Part shown: in pieces, positions 1-7,068 of the stretch
Numbering within the stretch: position 1 is the stretch's first letter
Layout: the number at the start of each line of letters is the position of its first letter
Origin: Thermodesulfobacteriota bacterium
Lineage (GTDB): Bacteria; Desulfobacterota_D; UBA1144; Nemesobacterales; N074bin48
Direction: 5' to 3'
DNA length: 33,284 nucleotides
NCBI GenBank assembly: GCA_041572575.1
Contig: JBFFSH010000025.1
Location: 1-33,284, forward strand
Made by a program: the position numbers and the translations under genes
The notes under the pieces: generated by a model
The model's input: the letters and a program-made list of their open reading frames with translations, nothing else
Databases searched by the model: none
Told to the model about the DNA's origin: nothing

Positions 1-133
1 ATGGAATTGACAGAAAACACTTTGTTTTGTATCTAAAAGAGATGGAATTTAGATTTAATAACAGAAATGTAGATTTAGTTAATAAAATAAAGGAGATTCT
101 GCATTACTTATAGCTCTGTTCTATGCGAGCTCC
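1..133 (+). mobile_element. Right end of an IS1595-family (IS1016-like) insertion sequence: transposase C-terminus (3..113) plus putative right inverted repeat (about 114..133); truncated by the window start
   Basis: Frame starting at 3 reads GIDRKHFVLYLKEMEFRFNNRNVDLVNKIKEILHYL* (TAG 111-113), matching the IS1595/IS1016 C-terminal pattern G-I-x-x-x-H-F-x-L-Y-L-K-E-x-E-F-R-F-N. The reverse complement of the end, GGAGCTCGCATAGA, resembles IS1016-type termini (GGGGCT...TAGA). An AT-rich 8-mer (TTAATTTA) follows as a candidate target duplication. Confidence 0.8.
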
Positions 134-195
134 TTAATTTAAATTGTATTATAATACTTTTTCAATATCGTCATTAAGAACAGGAGAATACATAT

Positions 196-1446
196 ATGGC
201 AGGCAATAGCAGTGTTATGAATATATTTTCAGGAAAACATTCTTTACTCTTTGGAATAATTATTGGTGTCCTGCTAGGGGGTGTAGTTGGCTCATTTTTC
301 CCGGAATTCGGGGTCAAACAGGGATTTATAGGTGAGATGTTTTTAAAAGCGCTTAAGATGATAGTGCTTCCACTGATAATAGTTTCGATAACACTAAGCA
401 TAATGAAGATCGGAAACACAGGTGAGCTCGGCTCCATGGGTCTTAAAACTATTCTCTACTATGCATCCACAACGGCCATAGCTGTATTTATAGGAATTGT
501 CGTAGTCCTGATAATTTCTCCAGGTGAAGGAGGGGCAATTATCACAGGCGAAATGCCAGCAAAAATTGCAGGTAAGGAAAATTTCGAAATAACATCTATT
601 TTGGACTATTTTATACACCCAAACCTGTTCCAGGCAGCCGCAGATTTTAAGATACTGCCGCTCATTGTGGCATCTATACTATTCGGTGTGGCGTTTGCCT
701 TACTGGGTAAAGAGAGTGAAGTGATACTCAGGATTTTTGAAGTCACCGAAAAAGCCGTGATGAAAATAGTACACTGGATAATACTCTTTACACCAGTGGG
801 AGTTTTTAGCCTTATTGCGGACAGGATTGGAGAAGCCGGCGGCGGTGCTGAAGTATTTAATATTATAAATCAGCTATTTAAATATAGTATTAGCGTTGTG
901 GCGGGGTTGTTTGTACACGGGTTTATAGTTCTTCCGTTGATTCTTGTACTAATTGCCAGAAGAAACCCTGTGGACTATTTTGCTCATATGAGCAATGCTT
1001 TGCTTACAGCATTTTCAACCGCATCTTCGTCAGCGACTCTGCCTCTTACAATGACCTCCGTAATTGAAAAAGCAAAAGTGAAACCAAAGGTAGGCAGGTT
1101 TGTGCTTCCCCTTGGAGCCACAATAAACATGGATGGCACCGCTTTATATGAAGCAGTAGCAGTTATTTTTATTGCACAGAGCTACGGTATTTCGCTCGGG
1201 CCGGGTGATCTTGTGATTGTGTTTTTTACTGCCACTCTTGCTGCAATTGGGGCAGCAGGAATCCCTGAGGCGGGGCTTGTGACAATGGTGCTTGTTCTTC
1301 AGGCAGTCGGACTTCCGCTTGAAGGGGTCGGGTTAATTCTAGCCATTGACTGGCTGCTCGACAGATTCAGAACTACTATTAACGTATGGGGAGATAGTGT
1401 AGGATGTGCCGTTATTGACAGGCTTGATAATAAAAACAGTTCTTAA
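196..1446 (+). CDS. Dicarboxylate/amino acid:cation symporter (DAACS/SDF family, GltP/DctA-like)
   Basis: Motifs AFSTASSSATLP, GATINMDGTALY, GAAGIP and DRFRTTINVWGD; SD AGGAG upstream. Confidence 0.95.
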   Translation: MAGNSSVMNIFSGKHSLLFGIIIGVLLGGVVGSFFPEFGVKQGFIGEMFLKALKMIVLPLIIVSITLSIMKIGNTGELGSMGLKTILYYASTTAIAVFIGIVVVLIISPGEGGAIITGEMPAKIAGKENFEITSILDYFIHPNLFQAAADFKILPLIVASILFGVAFALLGKESEVILRIFEVTEKAVMKIVHWIILFTPVGVFSLIADRIGEAGGGAEVFNIINQLFKYSISVVAGLFVHGFIVLPLILVLIARRNPVDYFAHMSNALLTAFSTASSSATLPLTMTSVIEKAKVKPKVGRFVLPLGATINMDGTALYEAVAVIFIAQSYGISLGPGDLVIVFFTATLAAIGAAGIPEAGLVTMVLVLQAVGLPLEGVGLILAIDWLLDRFRTTINVWGDSVGCAVIDRLDNKNSS

Positions 1447-1461
1447 TTCGGATTATAAATT

Positions 1462-2280
1462 GTGAAAAAAATAAGTATTCTAGGTTGTGGCTGGCTCGGT
1501 CTTCCACTCGGGCGGTTTCTTATAAATAAAGGATTTGAGGTAAAAGGATCAACGGCAACACCCGGTAAGGTATCAGAATTAAAAGCAAAAGGCATAGAAC
1601 CGTTTTATATTAGCTTCTCTCCTGAAATTAATACAGACTTTGACCCGGGATTTTTTAATAGTGATATATTAATAATAAACTTTCCTCCAAAAAGAAGAGA
1701 TGACATTATTTCCTATCATCAGGATCAGGCCAGATCACTTATAGGTGAAATTAAAAAATCAATTATTAAAAATATAATTTTTGTAAGTTCTACTTCAGTT
1801 TACCCCGAAGTTAACAGGGAAGTTACAGAGGATGAAGACCTTAAGCCCACAAAAAATTCAGGCATAGCATTAATTAATGTAGAAAAAATGCTTATGAATA
1901 TTGAGGGTATTAGAACAACTGTGTTAAGACTTGCAGGGCTTATTGGTTATGACAGAATGCCGGGCAGGTTTCTATCGGGCAAAAGAGAGCTAAAAAACGG
2001 TAATGCTCCTGTAAACCTTATACATCAGGATGACTGTATATTGATAATTTATGAAATAATCAAACAAAAAGCATGGGGTAAGATATTAAACGGATGCTGT
2101 GATGAACATCCTTTAAGGAAAGAGTACTATACTAATCAGGCAAAGATTATTGGGGTAAATCCTCCTGATTTTGACGATTCGGACAATGCAAATTTTAAAA
2201 TCATAAGTAATAAAAAACTCAAAAATCTTCTGAATTATAGCTTTAAGTATGCCGATCCTTCTTCAATTAAAGAAATTTAG
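1462..2280 (+). CDS. NAD(P)-dependent epimerase/atypical SDR (YeeZ-like)
   Basis: Rossmann ILGCGWLG, plus SSTSVY, LRLAGLIG and NLIHQDD; GTG start. Confidence 0.88.
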   Translation: MKKISILGCGWLGLPLGRFLINKGFEVKGSTATPGKVSELKAKGIEPFYISFSPEINTDFDPGFFNSDILIINFPPKRRDDIISYHQDQARSLIGEIKKSIIKNIIFVSSTSVYPEVNREVTEDEDLKPTKNSGIALINVEKMLMNIEGIRTTVLRLAGLIGYDRMPGRFLSGKRELKNGNAPVNLIHQDDCILIIYEIIKQKAWGKILNGCCDEHPLRKEYYTNQAKIIGVNPPDFDDSDNANFKIISNKKLKNLLNYSFKYADPSSIKEI

Positions 2281-2308
2281 GAGGGGATTGTGTTGCTCCC
2301 CTCCTTTT
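2279..2308 (+). terminator. Intrinsic terminator between the convergent epimerase and trxA genes
   Basis: AGGAGGGGA-9 nt loop-TCCCCTCCT followed by TTT. Confidence 0.75.
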
Positions 2309-2322
2309 CATTTTAACTGATT

Positions 2323-2643
2323 TCATTGTAGATTCTCTGTAACAAAGTCAACAATGTTTTCCTTTGGCAGTGCTCCTATTACACTGTCTGCCTGCTTTCC
2401 GTCTTTAAATAGAATCATGGTCGGAATGCTTCTTATGCCATACTCAGAAGCAAGCTCTGGATTTTCATCCACGTTTACCTTGGCAACTCTAAACTTGTCT
2501 GAATATTCATCAGACAGTTCTTCAAGCACTGGCCCAACAGCCCTACAGGGCCCGCACCACTCAGCCCAAAAGTCTACCAGTACTGGTAGCTCTGAGTTTA
2601 TGACTTCTTTCTCAAAGTTGTCACTGCTTATTTTTATGCTCAT
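2323..2643 (-). CDS. trxA: Thioredoxin
   Basis: DFWAEWCGPC active site, IRSIPT, 106 aa, SD AGGAGG. Confidence 0.97.
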   Translation of the reverse strand: MSIKISSDNFEKEVINSELPVLVDFWAEWCGPCRAVGPVLEELSDEYSDKFRVAKVNVDENPELASEYGIRSIPTMILFKDGKQADSVIGALPKENIVDFVTENLQ

Positions 2644-2761
2644 ATACTGCCTCCTGTGTCATTATTTGCCTATTTAGACATGTATCTATATAAAAGGATT
2701 CAATAATTATAAAAAATAAAATTTTTGAACTTTGTAATAATGTTATAAACTTTATATTAGT

Positions 2762-3460
2762 ATGGATATTGAGCTCGATGTAAATGAAATAATAAATCTG
2801 GATAACTTTTCAGGGATTGCACCTGTATTTCCTTTATCTAATGTAGTGTTATTTCCAAATGTTCTCCTTCCGCTGCATATATTTGAAGAGAGGTACAAGA
2901 AAATGGTTAATGATGCTCTAAGTGGAGAAAAATTAATCACAATGTGTCTTCTTAAACCAGGTTGGGAAAATAGTTATTACGACAGGCCGCCTGTATATAA
3001 TGCTGCCTGCATGGGAAGAATTGTAAGCTCCGAGTTATTTGATGATGGAAGGTCCAATATCGTGTTATATGGCTTGAAGAGGGTTATTTTAGATGAGCTT
3101 GATAATCATTTACCATACAGAACAGCAAGTCATACAATAACAGAAGATATACTAAGCAGAGGCGAGGAGCTTTATAGCAAACATATAGAAGAGTTGCTAT
3201 TGAGTTGGAACGAACTTATGGGTGAAGAACAAAAAGATCATAGAATTGATATAAATACAGGACTTCCTCTTGATCGTTTAACAGATACTCTGGGTACTCT
3301 AATATTTTCAAATGTCTTTGATAGACAGGCCTTGCTGGAAGAACTAGATCCGGTTAAGAGGGCAGAAAAAATAATTGATTATATACAGACAAGGCTTGAT
3401 ATACTTAAGTTTACATCAAAAATTAAAGACAATATTACAGAGGTCAGAAATCTCAACTGA
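2762..3460 (+). CDS. Stand-alone Lon N-terminal substrate-binding domain protein (no AAA+ or protease domain)
   Basis: PVFPLSNVVLFP...LPLHIFEERY, DGRSNIVLYG, RQALLE. Confidence 0.9.
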   Translation: MDIELDVNEIINLDNFSGIAPVFPLSNVVLFPNVLLPLHIFEERYKKMVNDALSGEKLITMCLLKPGWENSYYDRPPVYNAACMGRIVSSELFDDGRSNIVLYGLKRVILDELDNHLPYRTASHTITEDILSRGEELYSKHIEELLLSWNELMGEEQKDHRIDINTGLPLDRLTDTLGTLIFSNVFDRQALLEELDPVKRAEKIIDYIQTRLDILKFTSKIKDNITEVRNLN

Positions 3461-3466
3461 CCGAAT

Positions 3467-4252
3467 TTAATCAAGCAAGAAATCCAGTACTTGAGCATCT
3501 ACTTCTTTCTGACATTCTCTCCAAAAGCCGTGCCCGGCGTTAAAACCTATAATTTTTGCATTTGGGATTAATTCTGCAAGTCTTTTTGAATTAGAAGGAG
3601 AAGCTATAAAATCATTCTCTCCATACATTACAAGAGTATGGGCTTTTATTTGCGGGAGAAGATCCAACACATCATGATTTTCGCAAGCTCCACTTTGTCT
3701 CAGGTACCCGGTTAACATTTCTTTAGAATCTGTAACATATGACATATTCTCTTTGATAGTTTTTATATTATCTTCTATATACTTTCTTGAATAACCTAAA
3801 AAAAGTGCTGTAAGCCAAACTGTTTTCATCCCTGCCTTTTCTGCAATTTCTCTTCCTGTTTTTATAATCTGATTTCCTACTTCATCCCTGCATGCTGTTG
3901 TGCAACCCATTACTAGTTTGTCTGCCACTGCGGGATATTTGATCCCAATCCATTGCGATATCATCCCTCCCATTGATTTACCAACAAAACTGGCTTTTTC
4001 GATACCAAGCTCATGAACAAGAGCTACAGTGTCATCTGCCATCATTTCTACCGAGTATTCTATATCGGGCTTATCCGACATTCCCATACCTCTGTTATCA
4101 AGAGCAATTACCTTAAAATGTTGAGCGTATATAGGGATTTGTGTAGCCCAGCTTTGAAGGTGGCTTCCAAGTCCTCCAATCAGGACAACCGGATCACCTT
4201 TGCCATGAACTTCATAATTTATATTAATTCCATTTGCTTTAACTATCGGCAT
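3467..4252 (-). CDS. Alpha/beta-fold hydrolase (enol-lactonase-like)
   Basis: DNRGMGMS, nucleophile elbow GKSMGG, GENDF, catalytic His in AGHG; start overlaps the ruvX stop by 14 nt. Confidence 0.92.
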   Translation of the reverse strand: MPIVKANGININYEVHGKGDPVVLIGGLGSHLQSWATQIPIYAQHFKVIALDNRGMGMSDKPDIEYSVEMMADDTVALVHELGIEKASFVGKSMGGMISQWIGIKYPAVADKLVMGCTTACRDEVGNQIIKTGREIAEKAGMKTVWLTALFLGYSRKYIEDNIKTIKENMSYVTDSKEMLTGYLRQSGACENHDVLDLLPQIKAHTLVMYGENDFIASPSNSKRLAELIPNAKIIGFNAGHGFWRECQKEVDAQVLDFLLD

Positions 4253-4673
4253 TTTTTGGGTTCTCTCTCATTTGCTCTAGGTATTCCTGCAGCATGATTA
4301 CTGCAGACAGCTTGTCTATGACTTTTTTTCTTTTTTTTCTGCTCATATTTGCTTCCAGTAAATATTGCTGTGCATCCATGGTTGTGAATGCTTCATTTAT
4401 ATAATCAACTGGCAGGGACAGCTCTTTTCTAAGCTTTTCTGAGAAATTTTTTATTACTTGCCCGTTTTTACTGATCTGTCCATCTGTATTATAAGGGATC
4501 CCTACGATTACCTTTTCAACATTTAACTCGGAACAAAGATTTTTTAATTTTTTAATGTCACTCTTGTTATCAGTCCTCTTTAAAGTTTGTAGCCCGTTTG
4601 CTGTTATTCCAAGCTCATCACTCACCGCTATTCCTATTCTTTTTGTACCTACATCAAGTGACATTATCTTCAT
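4239..4673 (-). CDS. ruvX: RuvX/YqgF pre-16S rRNA nuclease (start corrected to ATG 4673, 144 aa)
   Basis: MKIMSLDVGTKRIGIAVSD, VGIP, NEAFTT, IDKLSAVIMLQ. The track's TTG at 4712 lies in the promoter -35 box. Confidence 0.93.
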   Translation of the reverse strand: MKIMSLDVGTKRIGIAVSDELGITANGLQTLKRTDNKSDIKKLKNLCSELNVEKVIVGIPYNTDGQISKNGQVIKNFSEKLRKELSLPVDYINEAFTTMDAQQYLLEANMSRKKRKKVIDKLSAVIMLQEYLEQMRENPKNADS

Positions 4674-4682
4674 GAATGTTTT

Positions 4683-4712
4683 ATTATATAAGAAAACAGG
4701 AAAATATGTCAA
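4683..4712 (-). promoter_or_regulatory. Sigma-70 promoter of ruvX, nearly leaderless
   Basis: Minus strand TTGACA-N18-TATAAT, ending 9 nt before the ATG; no SD. Confidence 0.75.
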
Positions 4713-4750
4713 AAAAGCGCAATTTTGACATTATCTGACAAAAATTGTAT
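4706..4750. promoter_or_regulatory. Putative enhancer/operator sites
   Basis: ATGTCAAAA-N8-TTTTGACAT palindrome (4706-4731) and TGACAAAAATTGT (4736-4748); the latter is 12/13 identical to 15313-15325. Confidence 0.5.
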
Positions 4751-4831
4751 TTTCAAAAGTTAATTTGGGGTTTTAAATACAAGGGTAAAAAAATAATTCA
4801 GCAATTACAGGTAGTTGTATTTCGAGAGTAA

Positions 4832-4847
4832 TGGCATGGAATTTTCT
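4832..4847 (+). promoter_or_regulatory. Possible sigma-54 promoter with a variant -12 box
   Basis: TGGCATG-GAAT-TTTCT versus consensus TGGCACG-N4-TTGCW; spacing is correct, but the -12 GC is TC. Confidence 0.45.
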
Positions 4848-4898
4848 TTATTTATTTAGAAGAATGAAGGCAAATTACGGTTTTAGTATGTCTATTGG

Positions 4899-5384
4899 AT
4901 GAAATATTGTGGAAACTTAGGAAAGGCATTAAGTTTAATTTTAATAACACTCTTTGGCGCAGGTACAGCAGTAGTACATATACTTGATCAATCTGAATCC
5001 AAGATTTTAGATAATACCGGAGTACAAAGCAGTTATTCTTCCAAGCCGGATATAGAAGTACAAACATACAGGAAACAACTTCGTAACAGCTACAATCTTG
5101 AAGACACGCAAAGTAATGCCGGCATTAGTGGTAAGAATAAATCCTTATGGTCGGGACCGCATTATACGCAAGATATCAGATTAAATTCCAATTTAAGACC
5201 AGAGATTGTAGAAATTTCCAAAAACAATTCGTTTGAGCAGTTAAACAATGAAAAGAAATTCTGGTACAGCCAGTATAATATATTAATCAAACAGAAAAAT
5301 AATAAACAAGCTGCAAAAGACGCTTATAACAAATATAGAAAGTATAAAGAAGCTATCAATATTAAAAGAGCATACAACAGGTAA
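4899..5384 (+). CDS. Hypothetical protein with an N-terminal membrane anchor/signal and a basic helical C-terminus
   Basis: 161-aa ORF filling the gap; hydrophobic ALSLILITLFGAGTAVV; no family recognised. Confidence 0.7.
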   Translation: MKYCGNLGKALSLILITLFGAGTAVVHILDQSESKILDNTGVQSSYSSKPDIEVQTYRKQLRNSYNLEDTQSNAGISGKNKSLWSGPHYTQDIRLNSNLRPEIVEISKNNSFEQLNNEKKFWYSQYNILIKQKNNKQAAKDAYNKYRKYKEAINIKRAYNR

Positions 5385-5521
5385 ATTACTCAAATTTTCC
5401 TGCTTCTTTTGTTTATATACCCTAAATTACAATTTAGTTTTAATATTCAATCCCCTGTAGTATTCTATAAGTTTTTGCTTTATAATCTATTCAAAAAACT
5501 TAATAAACAGAGGATTATTAT

Positions 5522-6211
5522 ATGGGTTTACCAGCAATAAGTATTACATTAAATGCAAAGGAAGTTGATAGAAAAGTCCTGGATCAGGAAATCATCGCAA
5601 TTGGCAGAGATATGGACAATGACATTGTAATAAACAATCTGGCCGTTTCAAGGTGTCATGCAATTCTAACTGTACTTGATGACAAGATAATAGTAAAAGA
5701 TATGGCAAGCTCTAATGGGACATTTATAAATGGTAAGAAGATAGAAGAAGGTGTTCTAAATGCCGGTGACCTGATGCTTATAGGAAAACATATTCTCAGG
5801 CTCGAAATTGATGAAGAGCCACAGGCCGTACAACCCGAGGAAAACAAAGAAGCAGAAGAAGGTACAGTAATATTTGATTCAGATACCAGGGATAAATTTT
5901 TAGAAAAGATGCAGACTGAAAAAGCGGCATCCGATCCAAGGCTTGTCGTAAATGGTGAAGAGGAAATTAAAATCAAAGGGGATTTCTTTGCAATTGGGAA
6001 AAGATATGATGCGGACATTAATATTAGCGGACTATTCATTAATGAACATCATGCAATTATACAGAAGCAAAAAGAAGGAACATACAAGATTATAAACATG
6101 GGTTCATTTTTAAAACCAACCAAAGTAAATGATAGTGTTATTAAAGAGAAAATATTGCAGAAAGGAGATGTAATACAGATTGGGAATTACAGGATTGTTT
6201 TTTCTATGTAA
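5522..6211 (+). CDS. Double FHA-domain protein
   Basis: FHA1: IGR...VSRCHA...SSNGTFING (canonical). FHA2: IGK...INEHHA...TKVND...GDVIQIG (degenerate). Acidic linker between them. Confidence 0.92.
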   Translation: MGLPAISITLNAKEVDRKVLDQEIIAIGRDMDNDIVINNLAVSRCHAILTVLDDKIIVKDMASSNGTFINGKKIEEGVLNAGDLMLIGKHILRLEIDEEPQAVQPEENKEAEEGTVIFDSDTRDKFLEKMQTEKAASDPRLVVNGEEEIKIKGDFFAIGKRYDADINISGLFINEHHAIIQKQKEGTYKIINMGSFLKPTKVNDSVIKEKILQKGDVIQIGNYRIVFSM

Positions 6212-6224
6212 AAACTAAATAGTT

Positions 6225-7055
6225 ATGCATGAACCTACTTTGTTCATTTCGTATGGAAATAGTGATGTTGGAAGAGTCAGGACTAATAATGAAGATTCAT
6301 ATCTATACAAAACTTTTTCACTGAATAGTAATGGTACTCCGGATGCTTTTTTGATGGTTGTGGCCGATGGTATGGGCGGTCATGCAGCAGGTGAAGTCGC
6401 CAGTGCCAAAGTAATCGAAGAACTCAACGACAATTTAAATGAAAAGTCGTTAGAGAAACTGCCCTATATCCTAAAAGAAATAATCGATGAAGCCAATTCA
6501 AAAATCTTCAATATATCTGCACAAAATACTGAGCTAAACGGAATGGGGACAACTTGCACTGCCATGATATATTATAAAGAGCAGGTTCATTTAGCACATG
6601 TGGGTGACAGCAGGGCGTATCTAATAAGAGATGGAGAGATAAGCCGATTATCGAAGGACCATACAGTGGTAGAGGAGCTTCTTGAAGCCGGCACTATCAC
6701 CGAGGAAAAAGCAAGAACTATTCCTGAGAGAAATATTCTGCTTAGGGCCGTGGGAACATCCGAACAGTTAGAGGTTGATGTTTATCCGCCTATGGATACA
6801 AGCGGTGGAGACATTTTTCTTCTTTGCTCCGACGGGCTTACCGAATATCTTTATGAAGAAGAAATAAGGGATACAGTTACATCTGTTCCTCTTGAAAATG
6901 TTTGTGATGAATTAATAAAAATCGCAAATGAAAGGGGAGGGGCTGATAACATTACAGTGCAGCTTGCAATACTTAGGGAAAAACCAAAAATTAAGAAAAC
7001 TCGTCAGATACTTAAAATATTTAAAAATATATTATTTGACGAATCAACAACATGA
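6225..7055 (+). CDS. PP2C/PPM-family Ser/Thr phosphatase (Stp1/PrpC-like)
   Basis: GRVRTNNED, VADGMGGH, HVGDSRAY, LCSDGL, GGADNIT. Confidence 0.96.
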   Translation: MHEPTLFISYGNSDVGRVRTNNEDSYLYKTFSLNSNGTPDAFLMVVADGMGGHAAGEVASAKVIEELNDNLNEKSLEKLPYILKEIIDEANSKIFNISAQNTELNGMGTTCTAMIYYKEQVHLAHVGDSRAYLIRDGEISRLSKDHTVVEELLEAGTITEEKARTIPERNILLRAVGTSEQLEVDVYPPMDTSGGDIFLLCSDGLTEYLYEEEIRDTVTSVPLENVCDELIKIANERGGADNITVQLAILREKPKIKKTRQILKIFKNILFDESTT

Positions 7056-7068
7056 TTAATTAACTGCT

